NCBI GenBank assembly: GCA_947648255.1
Contig: CANSNA010000001.1
Span: forward strand, 49,983-113,982
Direction of reading: 5' to 3'
DNA from: an uncultured Clostridium sp.
GTDB lineage: Bacteria > Bacillota > Clostridia > TANB77 > CAG-508
DNA: 64,000 nt
The stretch's first letter is position 1. Each line of letters starts with the position of its first letter. Position numbers and translations under genes: made by a program. The notes under the pieces are model-generated. The model ran no database searches. It had not been told where the DNA came from and saw only the letters and a program-made list of their open reading frames with translations. Positions 1 through 10,836 of this stretch are shown piece by piece.

Positions 1-3
1 ATT

Positions 4-815
4 TTACCGCAAATTTAATGCATTTTTTACTCCACAATTCTCTTCTTTTATATGTGAACATCCGTGCAAACTCGCATTCTACTATATATTTTTTTAAATC
101 TATAAAATATTTATCTAAATCCTTTGACTCTATCTCAAATATATCTATCGTTTGAAAACCGTGGTGTATCTAATAAAAAAGCATCTTTTTCTATTTCATA
201 AAGAGAAATATCTGTTGTTGTATTTTTTCCTCTTTTGTTTTTTTTGCTTATATCGCCTATTCCGTGCAATATCTTCACCCAATAGCTTATTTGTAATGCT
301 TGACTTTCCGTACCCCTGATTGCCCTGCAAGTACTGATGTGTTATTTTCTAATAATTTTTTTAACCTTTCTATTCCACTACCAGAATAAGCATTTGTTTT
401 TATAACAGTATATCCGAGCTTTTGTGTAAATTTCATATATTTCATTTGCTTTTTCTTCATCTAAATCTATTTTATTTATATTAATTACTGGTTTTATATC
501 TAAAAATTCAGCAAAACATATTTGTTTATCTAAAATTTGCATATTGGGGCTTGGCATTTTAGGAGCAGTAACTAATATTACTTGAGTAATATTGCTAACT
601 TTAGGTCTTTTTAAGTAATTATTTCTTTTTAATATTTCATTTATAGCAATTTTCCCATCTTCTATTTTTTCAAATTCTACATTATCTCCTACTACTGGTT
701 TTATTTCGTCTAGCTTTAACTTTCCTCTTGCAATTGCCTCATACTCTGCAGCTTCTGTTTTTACAATATATGTATTAGAAATATTTTTTACGATTTTTCC
801 TTTTATTTTTTTCAC
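4..815 (-). CDS. rsgA: Ribosome small-subunit-dependent GTPase A (RsgA/YjeQ). Complete once three C-GGN insertions are removed.
   Basis: The N-terminal OB fold and circularly permuted GTPase carry NKIDL before GQSGVGKSSL and DTPGF. The C-terminal zinc motif is CxH..C. The track ORF 378..815 is only the N-terminal piece. Frame breaks are at 'gca c gga', 'gta c gga' and 'cca c ggt'. Confidence 0.75.
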
Positions 816-826
816 TCCTTCTAATA

Positions 827-1527
827 TTAGATTTTATATAGTTTAAAATCTAAATAATCTGCACTTATAAGTTTTAACTCAATTCCTCCGACTATTCCTT
901 CTATTGCATATTCTAACGCCTCTCCATGTAGATGCCCATATAAACATTTTTTTACATTATATTTCTGCATTAATTTTATAACTTTAGAATCTTCTGAGAG
1001 CCCTCTCATTACTGGTGGATAATGTAAAAATACAATTATTTCTTTTTCTTGGTTAAATTTTTTTATCCCTTCTGTAATTGATAATTCTAGTCTTATAAGT
1101 TCTCTATTTATGATCTTTTCATCTTCTACTTCTCCTATAAGATTCCATCCTCTTGTTCCGTGCAATTATTTTGCCTTCTACTTCAAAAGCATTATTATGC
1201 AAAAACTCTATGTTTTTAAAGTTACTTTCTTCTACAAATTCTTTTAATTTTTTTAAACTATTCCACCAGTAGTCATGATTTCCTTTTAAAATTATTTTTC
1301 TTCCGTGGTAGTGAATTCAAAAATTCAAAATCTTTGTATGCTTCTTTTAATGCTATAGCCCACGAAAAATCGCCGTGGCAGTATTACAGTATCATCTTCT
1401 TTTACTTTTTTTACCCAGTCTTCTTTTATTTTATTTTCATGATTTGACCAATTATCTCCGAAAAATATCCATCGGTTTTGGATTTTCAAAAGATAAATGA
1501 AGATCTGCTATAACATATATGCTCATT
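827..1527 (-). CDS. Calcineurin-like metallophosphoesterase (YfcE/MJ0936-like)
   Basis: Reading the reverse strand gives MSIYVIADLHLS...GDFSW...GNHDYWW...YGHLHGEA. Three C-GGN insertions are present (cca c ggc, cca c gga, gca c gga). The track ORF 827..1165 is the C-terminal fragment. Confidence 0.65.
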
Positions 1528-1547
1528 CGAGTTTTACCTTTCTATTT

Positions 1548-2540
1548 TAAATTTTTAGATTTGGCACAGCATTTAGTGTAAGGTCTGCTTGATTTCCTTC
1601 TAAGAATTCATAATATCCGTGCAGCTGCAATCATTGCAGCGTTATCTGTACATAATCCTATTTCAGGAAAATATACATCTATATCTTTTTCTTTTCCAAG
1701 TTCTAAGAATTTTTCTCTAATATATGAATTTGCTGAAACTCCTCCTGCAAGAGCTAATTTTTTTAGTCCTGTTAATTCCAATGCTTTTTTTGTATTTTGA
1801 ATTAGCATATCTGTGACTGTCTGTTCAAAACTCGCACAGAGATCTTCTCTTTTAATATCTTTTTTATTGTGGTTAATATTTATTATTGCAGTTTTAATCC
1901 CGCTAAAACTAAAATTTAAGCCTTCTAGATGGGTTTTTGGAAGCTCTATATTAGGTTCTCCATTTTTTGCTAATTTATCTATTTTAGGTCCTCCGTGGAT
2001 ATGGCAAGTCCATAACTCTTGCGACCTTGTCAAAAGCTTCACCTATTGCATCATCTCTTGTCTTACCTAGTATTTCAAACTTGGTATAGTCTTCTATTTT
2101 AACTAGATGTGTATGACCACCTGAAATTATGAGGCATAAAAATTCTGGTGTCAACTCTTTAAATGTTATATAATTTGCAGCAATATGCCCTTTTATATGA
2201 TTTACTCCGAATTAATGGCTTACAAGTTGCATAACTTAAAGCTTTAGCATAGCCTACTCCTACAAGAAGTGCTCCGAACAAGCCCTGGTCCATATGTACA
2301 TGCAATTACATCAATATCGGCAAGTGTAACTTTTGCCTTCTCTAATGCTTCCTGTGTAACAAGCGAAATTGCTTCAATATGCTTTCTTGATGCAATTTCT
2401 GGAACAACTCCTCCATATTTTTCATGTATACTAATTTGCGAATTTATAACATTAGAAAGAACCTCTCGCCCATTTTTTACGACAGCGGCAGAGGTTTCAT
2501 CACAGCTTGTTTCAATTCCTAAAACTATTATGTCTTTCAA
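1548..2540 (-). CDS. tsaD: tRNA N6-adenosine threonylcarbamoyltransferase TsaD (Kae1/Gcp family)
   Basis: The N-terminus is [20 protein letters not shown]. Downstream motifs are ...GPGLVGALLVG..., [18 protein letters not shown] and [10 protein letters not shown]...GYYEF. Track ORFs 2244..2540 and 1608..2042 are joined by four C-GGN insertions. Confidence 0.85.
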
Positions 2541-2567
2541 TTTTACATCCTTTCTAAAATTCGTTAG

Positions 2568-3294
2568 CTATACTCCAAATATAAATTTAGCAATATTTAC
2601 CATACCTCCATAAATGAAGTTAAGTGCTGGTGTTATAATATATCCTGCAAGACCTGTTATCCATATTATTAAAAATATTATATAAAATATATTCTCTTTT
2701 TCACGTATCCATTGTTTTGCATTATATGGTAAAAATTTTACAAGTATTTTTGAACCATCTAGTGGTGGGAGTGGTATTAGGTTAAATACCCCAAGTCCTA
2801 CATTTACCCAAGCTATACTTCCAACTAATATCCAAATTATATTTCCGTGTATATGTAGATATAAAAGTTGGTGCAAATTTATAAATTGCTACATAAATAA
2901 GTGTGAATATTATTGCAAGTACAAAATTCATAAGCGGACCTGCAAATGCTACAATTGCTTCGCCTGCTTCCATTGAGTATTTTCTATCGAAATTTCTTGG
3001 ATTTATTTGAACTGGTTTTCCCCAACCAAAACCTGCAAAGAGCAAGAGTACAAAACCTACTGGGTCTATATGGCTAAGTGGATTTAAATTAAGTCTTCCT
3101 TGCATTCCTGGAGTATCATCTCCAAGTTTTGATGCCGCAAAGGCATGTGCAAATTCGTGAAATGTGATTGCAATTAAAACTGCTGGAAGTGTTAAAACCA
3201 AGTTAAGTAATGTGTCTTGTGTCATCCCCATAAGTCCTGTTATAATAAATACAGCAAGTATTAAATATAAAAATCTTTTGTCTGTATAAAACAT
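2568..3294 (-). CDS. M50-family site-2 metalloprotease (SpoIVFB/RseP-like, short form)
   Basis: The protein carries HEFAHAFAA (HExxH) and NLIPLPPLDGSKIL (the LDG motif) across several transmembrane segments. Track ORFs 2782..3294 and 2568..2876 are joined at 'aca c gga' (STYTGNIIW). Confidence 0.7.
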
Positions 3295-3393
3295 AGGCTC
3301 TTCTCCTTAGAATTATTAATTTCTATTATTATATCACACTTTTTCAAATTATCAATTCTTTTTTTCTTTTTTCTTGTTTAAATCTGTAATTAT

Positions 3394-4626
3394 TTATTCT
3401 TTCATTTCTTTATTAAAGTATTTATTTCTACAATACTTCTTAGCAAGTCCTCCTTCACTTGTTTCTCTATAGTGCTGGCTTAAGTCTTTCCCTGTTTCAT
3501 ACATTGTCTCAACAACTAGGTCAAAGGAAATTCTCTTTTTTCTTTCTAACACTAAAGATAAAGTTGCAGAATCTAGAGCACGCATTGCTGCGACTGCATT
3601 TCTTTCTATGCATGGAATTTGAACATAGCCATAAATCGGATCACAGGTTAATCCTAAATGATGTTCCATTGCAACTTCTGCTGAGTTTTCTATTCTATCA
3701 ATATCTAATTTTAAAAGATATGCTGCAGCTCCTGCTGCCATAGCACAAGCAGTTCCTATTTCAGCTTGGCACCCACACTCTGCACCACTAATAGATGCAT
3801 TTGATTTTACAACATTTCCTATTATTCCTGCTACCGCTAAGGCTTTAATTATTTCTTCATCTTTTATATTATACTCTTTTTTCATGTAATACATGACAGC
3901 AGGTAACACTCCACAAGAACCACAAGTTGGTGCAGTTACAATAACTCCTCCACTTGCATTTTCTTCACTTGTTGCATATGAATAGCTACTTATAAGCCTT
4001 GTTTTCTTAATCTCTTCTGTCTCAAAATCAAATTTGCTCTCATATATTTTTTTAGCTTTTTTTTCTAATTTTAATCTTCCTGGTATTATTCCTGAAGTAC
4101 CTAGCCCATTTTTTATTGTGTTTTGCATGCTCTGCCAAACTTTGTCTAAAAATTCTGTTATTTCTTCCTTACCTTCTATAAGGCATACATAATCATATAA
4201 ATCTATATTGTTTATTTTTATATATTCTGTTATTTCCCTAAAATTCTTCTCCTTGTATATATCTTTTGGAAGACAAGCTTCTTCTCCTTCAATTTTAAAA
4301 GTTCCCCCTCCTATGGAATATACCCTCCCTGTGCCTAATAGTTCAAAACCTTTATAGGCAAATATATCAAAAGTATTTGGGTGAACTGTACATTCTTTTT
4401 TTGTATCAAATTCTATTTCGGTCTCATAGCCTTCTAATGTTTTTCTTATAATGTAATCTGTCAAGTGACCTTTTCCTGTTAGTGCAAGTGAACCATATAA
4501 TATAATTTTAAATCTATCGGCATTTGGATATTTATTTTTAAACATCTCTGTTGCTCTTTTTGGTCCCATTGTGTGTGAACTAGATGGTCCATTTCCTATT
4601 TTATATAATTCTTGTAAAGATTGCAT
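3394..4626 (-). CDS. sdaA: L-serine dehydratase (iron-sulfur dependent), single-chain form
   Basis: GPSSSHTMGP sits at the N-terminus. An SdaA alpha-type core carries conserved Cys residues (CGSCG, ECGCQ). The 410-aa ORF is intact. Confidence 0.8.
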   Translation of the reverse strand: MQSLQELYKIGNGPSSSHTMGPKRATEMFKNKYPNADRFKIILYGSLALTGKGHLTDYIIRKTLEGYETEIEFDTKKECTVHPNTFDIFAYKGFELLGTGRVYSIGGGTFKIEGEEACLPKDIYKEKNFREITEYIKINNIDLYDYVCLIEGKEEITEFLDKVWQSMQNTIKNGLGTSGIIPGRLKLEKKAKKIYESKFDFETEEIKKTRLISSYSYATSEENASGGVIVTAPTCGSCGVLPAVMYYMKKEYNIKDEEIIKALAVAGIIGNVVKSNASISGAECGCQAEIGTACAMAAGAAAYLLKLDIDRIENSAEVAMEHHLGLTCDPIYGYVQIPCIERNAVAAMRALDSATLSLVLERKKRISFDLVVETMYETGKDLSQHYRETSEGGLAKKYCRNKYFNKEMKE

Positions 4627-4739
4627 ATTTATTTCTCCTATTTTATTGTTATATAGTCAAACTTATCTAATCGCAGGTGATGTATTTTTGATATTAAAAT
4701 TAAATTATTTACAAATTTTACTTCCTATTTTTTAATAAA

Positions 4740-5478
4740 TTAATCAACTTCCTCTGATACTTGTTCTATTGTTGGTATATAACTTTGTAATTTTTCACTA
4801 AGTCTTTCTTGGCATTTTTTTAATACTTGAATTAATTGTTCTAAACTTCCTGTCATTTGAGCCTTATATAAAGCCTCTCTATATTCTTTATTATATTCAT
4901 CATCAATAGCAATTAAATCAACATTATTCTCTAAACATTGTCTAAGTATAATAAATCTTCCTATTCTTCCATTTCCATCTTGAAAAGGGTGTATATGTTC
5001 AAATTTTTGATGAAAATCAGCTATAGCATAAATATCTTTTTTACTTTCTTTCCAATCTTCAAGTAAATTATAAATACTATTCTCAACTAAATGTGGTTCA
5101 CACAATTTTAAGTCTGTCTTGGAAAGTCGATTCTCATATTTTTTCCATTTCCCTATATTGTCTATTTCATCATCTACAGTTCCTTTTTTTAATAATCTAT
5201 GCCACTGCCATAATAAATATTTATCAAATGGCTCTTTTAATGTATTGATTACATTATCAAATAATTCTAATGAGTTCTTTGTTTCTATTACATCATCTAA
5301 AAAATGTTTACCGATTAACTTGTTTTTGCTCTAAAAGGTCTATTAAATTTTCTTTGCTAAACGTACTTCCCTCAAGTTTGTTTGAATGGTATAGATATTC
5401 TATTTTGATTGCATCATATACTGAATTTTTTATTTTTGATAATTTTTGCATAACATTAATAGATATTTTCATATACAT
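4740..5478 (-). CDS. Fic/Fido-family protein (class II, with an N-terminal inhibitory helix)
   Basis: The canonical Fic motif HPFQDGNGRIGR is present. The N-terminal S-N-K-L-E-G matches the [ST]xxxE[GN] auto-inhibition motif. An RBS (aagggagg) precedes ATG-TAT-ATG at 5478. Track ORF 4740..5105 is the C-terminal part, and the upstream part lies in another frame. Confidence 0.7.
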
Positions 5479-5651
5479 TTCCTCCCTTCATATTTTTACT
5501 TTTTTGAAATTTTTATTATAAATCCAACAGTTTTACAAATTTTATATATTACAAATTCACTACATAATTTGTTGTTCACTTTTATAAAATTTTCTATATT
5601 AGTATATTTCTCAATACTTTTAAACTTTTGTTAAACTTCATTAAAAACCTA

Positions 5652-6170
5652 TTAGCATTTATTAGAATTATTATTTTTCAATTTTTCATAAAAACCACTT
5701 TTATATTCTTCTATTTTTTCATCATCAACTTTACCAATTTTAAAAATTATTTGTTCATTTAAAATTTTATATACTACATCCGTTTTTACTATACTATCTT
5801 TATGTAGATTATTCATTTTATCCTTTTCTAATAATTTATTAGCACTAAATTTAAGCTTATCTAAATTAGAAGATATAAGCATTCCAAAGTTCTCAATAGG
5901 AACAGCAGTATTATCTTTATCAATTATTACGAAAAAATGATTATTTCCAATTTTTCCATCAGAATACATATATTCTCTAACAAATACAATATCCCCAATT
6001 TCATAGTCAATATTATAAGTTTCACTGTCTTCTTTTATGACATTTTCAATTCTTCCTTTGTGCCATTCTTCTTCTACTGGAAACTCTTCAAATGCTTCTT
6101 TTAAATCTCTTACTTTACCATATTTATATGCTGTTTTTAGAAAGTCACTCAGTTCCTCTTTTGCTTTCAA
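5652..6170 (-). CDS. Hypothetical 172-aa protein, with a possible PemK/MazF-like SH3-barrel core (speculative)
   Basis: The ORF is intact with a TTG start and RBS aaaggagag. The segment GDIVFV...HFFVII...AVPIE...LISSN resembles MazF/Kid-fold strands. I recognised no other motifs. Confidence 0.45.
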   Translation of the reverse strand: MKAKEELSDFLKTAYKYGKVRDLKEAFEEFPVEEEWHKGRIENVIKEDSETYNIDYEIGDIVFVREYMYSDGKIGNNHFFVIIDKDNTAVPIENFGMLISSNLDKLKFSANKLLEKDKMNNLHKDSIVKTDVVYKILNEQIIFKIGKVDDEKIEEYKSGFYEKLKNNNSNKC

Positions 6171-6646
6171 TTAACTGCTCTCCTTTCGCTTAAAATTTTA
6201 TTTTTGCATTTTTATTTAAATTACGTTACTATCACAATATTTGCTACTTAAAAGCCTCTTCTACAAATATATTTTCATCTTCAACAGAATATCTCGTATA
6301 TTCTCCTCTTATATAACTATATATTACATATCCTTATATCTTTCTACTAAATCATTATATCTTCTTCTCATTGGACCTTTACAGTTATATCTTGAATTTC
6401 ATATTCTTTAAAATTAAATTTCATAACTATTATTCTTTCTTTAAAATTTATTATTATAAAAACAAAATAGGATATATTATATATATCCTACTTGTAATGT
6501 AAATCTCCCTACTTAGGTAGCAAAGGTTTTTCCAATAATTTATACATTATAGGATATTTTTATATTAATGTCAATCATATTTTTTATTATCATTTTGACA
6601 TTAATTTTATATATTATAAATTTAATATGTAATTTGTTGTTCATTT

Positions 6647-6973
6647 TTATTTAATATTTTTTACTTTTTTTCTAATGCAATTAATAATAGTAATAATTAT
6701 ATATATAGCTTGATATAAAGGAATAAACCAAAATATAAGCAATGTGTATATAATGCAATTTTCAATACCTGCCCTAAATCCTTCAAAACCATAATAAGTT
6801 GTATGAATATGATTACACAAAGATTCTATATGTATTCCAACATATTCGGAGCTTATTCCAGTTATACTATATTTTATCGAAATAATAAGCCAAAACATAT
6901 AATATAATAAACTTAATATAAATATAAATTTAAAAATTGAATGTATTTTATTTTTTGCTTTCTGTTTTTCCAT
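6647..6973 (-). CDS. Small hypothetical membrane protein (108 aa, about 3 TM)
   Basis: An ATG is preceded by RBS aggtgg at 6-nt spacing. The protein has hydrophobic helices. It sits in a 1-kb AT-rich island downstream of lysS. Confidence 0.45.
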   Translation of the reverse strand: MEKQKAKNKIHSIFKFIFILSLLYYMFWLIISIKYSITGISSEYVGIHIESLCNHIHTTYYGFEGFRAGIENCIIYTLLIFWFIPLYQAIYIIITIINCIRKKVKNIK

Positions 6974-7156
6974 AAAACCACCTATTTTACAAATCCTCTT
7001 TTTTTATTATAATGCAATTTTAATGCTACTAACTTAAAAATCAGTAAAAACATAATAATTTTTTTATTTTCATTATACTTATTAAACTTTCTATATTAGT
7101 ACAATTTTCAATGTTTTTAAGCTTTTATTAAACTGTATTAAAACTCATTAGCGTTA

Positions 7157-8650
7157 TTAAAAAAGTGGTTTCATTGTTGGGAAAAGTAAAACATCTCTTA
7201 TTGATGCTGATTCTGTTAGTAGCATTATTAATCTATCTATTCCTAGTCCTAGTCCTCCTGTTGGTGGCAAACCTATTTCTAGTGCTGAGATGTAGTCTTC
7301 ATCCATCATTCCTGCTTCATCGTCTCCATTTTCTCTTGCTTTGATTTCTTCTTTAAATCTTTGATATTGATCAATTGGATCATTAAGCTCTGAAAAAGCA
7401 TTTCCATATTCACGTCCATCTATAAATGCTTCAAATCTTTCTACTAACCTTGGGTCTTCTTTTTTCTTCTTTGCTAGTGGTGATACCTCTATTGGGTAAT
7501 CATACACAAATGTTGGTTGCACTAGTGTTTGCTCTACAAATTCGTCAAAGAATAAGCTTATTATATGCCCTCTTGTTCTTTTTCCTTCTGGAATTTCTAC
7601 TTGTTTTTCTTTTGCAATTTTAATTGCCTCTTCATCTGTATTTATTGTATTAAAGTCAACTCCACAAGCTTCTTTTATGCTATCTATCATTGTTATTCTT
7701 TTCCATTTTGTTCCAAGGTCTATTTCTTTTTCTTGATATGTGATCTTTGTTCCATTGCATACCTTTTCTGCACATCTTTTGAAAATTTCTTCTGTTATAT
7801 CCATCATATCATTATAATCTTCATAAGCTGAATATAGCTCTATTGTAGTAAATTCTGGGTTATGCCTTATATCCATTCCTTCATTTCTAAAAATTCTTCC
7901 AATTTCATAAACTTTGTCATAACCACCAACAATTAATCTCTTTAAGTTTAACTCTGTTGCAATTCTTAAATACATGTCCAAATCTAATGTATTGTGGTGT
8001 GTTATAAATGGTCTTGCTGTTGCTCCTCCTGATATTGTATTTAATATTGGAGTTTCAACTTCTAAATATCCCTTTTCATCTAAGATCTTTCTTATCTCTC
8101 GAATTATTTGGCTTCTCTTTACGAAAGTATCTTTTACTTCTGGGTTCACTATTAAATCAATATATCTTTGTCTATATCTTAGATCCATGTCTTTTAATCC
8201 ATGAAATTTCTCTGGTAATGGTCTTAGTGATTTTGAAAGAAGTGTCATTTCTTTTGCATGAACTGAAATTTCTTCTGTTCTTGTTTTAAATACAAAACCA
8301 GTAATTCCTACTATATCTCCTACATCATAAGTTTTAAATTCTTTGTAATTTTCTTCTCCTAGATCATTTGTTGATACATAGCTTTGTATTTTTCCTTCAC
8401 TATCTTGAATTGTACAAAAAGATGCTTTTCCCATAATTCTTTTTGCCATAATTCTACCTGCAACTGTTACATCTTTTCCTTCTAGTGCATCATAATTATC
8501 TTTAACAGCTTTGCTTGTATGTGTTCTGTTAAATTTTGTTATTTCAAATGGGTTTTTATTATTTTTGCATAATTCATCAAGTTTTTCTCTTCTAACCTGC
8601 ATTAAGCGGTTTACATCTTGTTCTAATTCATTATTTTCATTTTCGTTCAT
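7157..8650 (-). CDS. lysS: Lysine--tRNA ligase (class II)
   Basis: The ORF is intact at 497 aa. It has an OB-fold anticodon-binding N-terminus and class II motifs (...FRNEG..., GGLGIGIDRL). Confidence 0.95.
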   Translation of the reverse strand: MNENENNELEQDVNRLMQVRREKLDELCKNNKNPFEITKFNRTHTSKAVKDNYDALEGKDVTVAGRIMAKRIMGKASFCTIQDSEGKIQSYVSTNDLGEENYKEFKTYDVGDIVGITGFVFKTRTEEISVHAKEMTLLSKSLRPLPEKFHGLKDMDLRYRQRYIDLIVNPEVKDTFVKRSQIIREIRKILDEKGYLEVETPILNTISGGATARPFITHHNTLDLDMYLRIATELNLKRLIVGGYDKVYEIGRIFRNEGMDIRHNPEFTTIELYSAYEDYNDMMDITEEIFKRCAEKVCNGTKITYQEKEIDLGTKWKRITMIDSIKEACGVDFNTINTDEEAIKIAKEKQVEIPEGKRTRGHIISLFFDEFVEQTLVQPTFVYDYPIEVSPLAKKKKEDPRLVERFEAFIDGREYGNAFSELNDPIDQYQRFKEEIKARENGDDEAGMMDEDYISALEIGLPPTGGLGLGIDRLIMLLTESASIRDVLLFPTMKPLF

Positions 8651-8720
8651 TAATTATGACCTCCAATTATTAAAAGTATTTATATATTATATATCAATAT
8701 ACAAAAAAAAGCAAGTGCAA

Positions 8721-8754
8721 AAAGCTGGCTTAAAGTCAACTTAAAGCCAGCTTT
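8721..8754 (-). terminator. Rho-independent terminator (hairpin plus U-tract) after the Gly/Pro-rich gene, upstream of lysS
   Basis: The hairpin is aaagctggcttaa...ttaaagccagcttt, with a 13-bp stem and one bulge. In the minus-strand RNA it is followed by UUUGCACUUGCUUUUUUUUU. Confidence 0.6.
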
Positions 8755-8772
8755 TGCAAAACATTAATTGTT

Positions 8773-9340
8773 TTAATACATGCCCATATATCCTGCCCTC
8801 ATAATTGGTGGTCTTCCGTCCGTGGTCCTCCTGGGAAGCCTCCGTGGTCCACCGCATACCAGGCATTCCTCCCATTGGTGGTCTTGGAGGTCTTCCTCCT
8901 GGTCCACCTTGCCATCCACCTTGAAACAGTTCCCTTAGAATTAATATTTTTATTAAGTCTCTAAGTATTGGATTATTGTTCCTTCTTCTTTCTGCCCTAG
9001 GTTCCTTAATTCTAGGGTTTTTAACATCTCCATTTTTTAAGTTGTTAGTTTTTTCTTCCCTTACTTCAATGATTTCTTCCTCTGGTTCAAGATTTCTATA
9101 TATTTCTTCAACCATTTCATTTAAACCTGCCTCATCAATAAACCCTATGTTTCTTTTACTACATGCTTTTTGAACCATTGGATAGACTATTCCATAAATT
9201 TCTGGATATAGTTTATTTATCTCTCCAATATTTGTTTCTTCTGTTCTTGGTTTATAATATCCATTAAATTCCTGCATATATGTATCTTGAGATCTAACCC
9301 CTAAAACATTTTGCATATATTCTTCGTAACTATTAAACAT
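8773..9340 (-). CDS. Hypothetical protein with a Gly/Pro/Met-rich C-terminal tail (possible spore-coat-like)
   Basis: The ORF has an RBS. Its tail is ...GGWQGGPGGRPPRPPMGGMPGMGGPGGFPGGPGGRPPIMRAGYMGMY after removing four C-GGN insertions. Track ORF 8741..9340 is the unshifted reading. A terminator follows. Confidence 0.5.
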
Positions 9341-9390
9341 AAAAAAGCCTCCTTTATATATTTATATATATTCAGGAGACTTTGTCTTTG

Positions 9391-10782
9391 TTAAATCTCA
9401 TTTACGATTTCCTTAAATTTATTTCCTCTTTCTTCAAAATTCTTAAACATATCAAAGCTTGCACTTGCAGGAGAAAATAGTACAACATCTCCTACTTCGG
9501 CTGTTTTTTTTGCAACCTTAACTGCATCTTTCAGACTCTCGCACATATATGTATCAATATTTTTTCCTTGAAGTTCCCCTTGTCTTTTTACTACATCAAA
9601 TATTTTCCCAGCAGTTTGCCCTATTAAAACAAGTGCTTTAACATTATCTAAAATTGGTTTAGCAAGTGGCTCATAATCCAAATTTTTGTCATATCCACCA
9701 GCAATTAGAACTATTTTTTCTTCAAAAGAATTAAGTCCTGCCATTGTTCTTGTAGGACTGCTTCCAATTGAATCATTATACCATTTAACTCCTTCTATTT
9801 CTCTTACAAACTCTAATCTATGTTCAACTCCTTTAAATTCTTCTATTGCTTTTACTTGTGTATCAACATCTGTTAAAGTTTTTGTTGCAGCAATTGCAGC
9901 ACATATATTTTCATAATTATGAACTCCTCTTAGATGAGTATTTTTTGTATTTATTATATGTCTTCTTACTCTATCATTGCATTCTTTAATAATTCCATTG
10001 TCAACAATAACCCCATCATCAAGCTTTGTTTTACGGCTAAACAATATTACTCTTCCTTCTGCTTCTTTTGCAAGCTTTCTCGTTATATCATTGTCATAAT
10101 TTAAGACTACTATATCATCTTTACCTTGATTTTTGAAAATATTTTTCTTTGCATCTATATATTCTTCATATGACTTATGTATATTTAAGTGATTTGGTGC
10201 AATATTTGTAATAACTGAAATTTTAGGACTTACATCCATATTCATTAATTGAAAGCTGCTAAGTTCTAATACTATATAATCCTCTTCTCCCATTTCTTGA
10301 AGCTTTGTAAATAGTGGTGTTCCTATATTTCCTCCTAGATAGCAATTTTTCCCTGATTTTTTTAAAATCTCATATATCAAAGATGTGGTAGTAGTTTTTC
10401 CATCACTTCCTGTAATTCCTATAATGGTTCCAGGGCATAATTTCATTAACATCTCTATTTCACTTGTAACAATTGCTCCTCTTTTTTCTTCTGCTTCTAG
10501 TTCTTTTATATTGGGCATACAGCTTGGCGACCTAAAAATTATATTAAAACCTTTTAAAAAGCTTAAAGAGTCTTTTCCAAAAAAATGTGCCATATCATAT
10601 CTTGCAATTTCTTCTAAGGCTTCTTTTGGTATATCACATATGTCTCTATTATCAAAAACAGTAACTTCTGCTCCTTTTTTATTCATGTATTTCAAAAGTG
10701 GTAAATTACTTACTCCTAAACCTATTATTGCAACTTTTTTGTCTATTAAACTTTCATTAAATTCCTTCAATTTTTCATTCAT
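9391..10782 (-). CDS. murD: UDP-N-acetylmuramoylalanine--D-glutamate ligase
   Basis: The ORF is intact at 463 aa. It carries GITGSDGKTTTT and the Mur ligase middle and C-terminal domains. Confidence 0.9.
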   Translation of the reverse strand: MNEKLKEFNESLIDKKVAIIGLGVSNLPLLKYMNKKGAEVTVFDNRDICDIPKEALEEIARYDMAHFFGKDSLSFLKGFNIIFRSPSCMPNIKELEAEEKRGAIVTSEIEMLMKLCPGTIIGITGSDGKTTTTSLIYEILKKSGKNCYLGGNIGTPLFTKLQEMGEEDYIVLELSSFQLMNMDVSPKISVITNIAPNHLNIHKSYEEYIDAKKNIFKNQGKDDIVVLNYDNDITRKLAKEAEGRVILFSRKTKLDDGVIVDNGIIKECNDRVRRHIINTKNTHLRGVHNYENICAAIAATKTLTDVDTQVKAIEEFKGVEHRLEFVREIEGVKWYNDSIGSSPTRTMAGLNSFEEKIVLIAGGYDKNLDYEPLAKPILDNVKALVLIGQTAGKIFDVVKRQGELQGKNIDTYMCESLKDAVKVAKKTAEVGDVVLFSPASASFDMFKNFEERGNKFKEIVNEI

Positions 10783-10836
10783 AAACTTTCCCCCAAGATT
10801 TTTTGTTTATTAATGTATATGCTAGATTTATATTAT

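Noticed and set aside
1813-2613. Plus-strand ORFs in the track (e.g. 1813..2070, 2269..2613; likewise 13107..13673, 27483..27836 and 50500..50898)
   Set aside because: They are antisense shadow ORFs inside well-supported minus-strand genes. They are low-complexity, lack RBSs and show no homology.
63-2880. The recurrent CCGTG/CCGTGC motif on the plus strand, which looked like a repeat family or methylation motif
   Set aside because: It is the plus-strand view of the C-GGN insertions in minus-strand genes: 'xxC|GGA' reads TCC-G-... in reverse complement, and the frequent Cys/His/Ala codons before Gly give the CACGG/GCACGG look. It is not an independent repeat.
6230-6440. Possible small antitoxin ORF upstream of the 5652..6170 gene (MKFNFKEYEIQDITVK..., MRRRYNDLVERYKDM)
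   Set aside because: The pieces lie in three frames and no C-GGN site joins them. A 59-codon antisense ORF also overlaps. None has an RBS.
8651-8740. Riboswitch or T-box leader upstream of lysS
   Set aside because: The region is too short (about 90 nt). It is mostly taken up by the upstream gene's terminator and a plain AT-rich promoter region.
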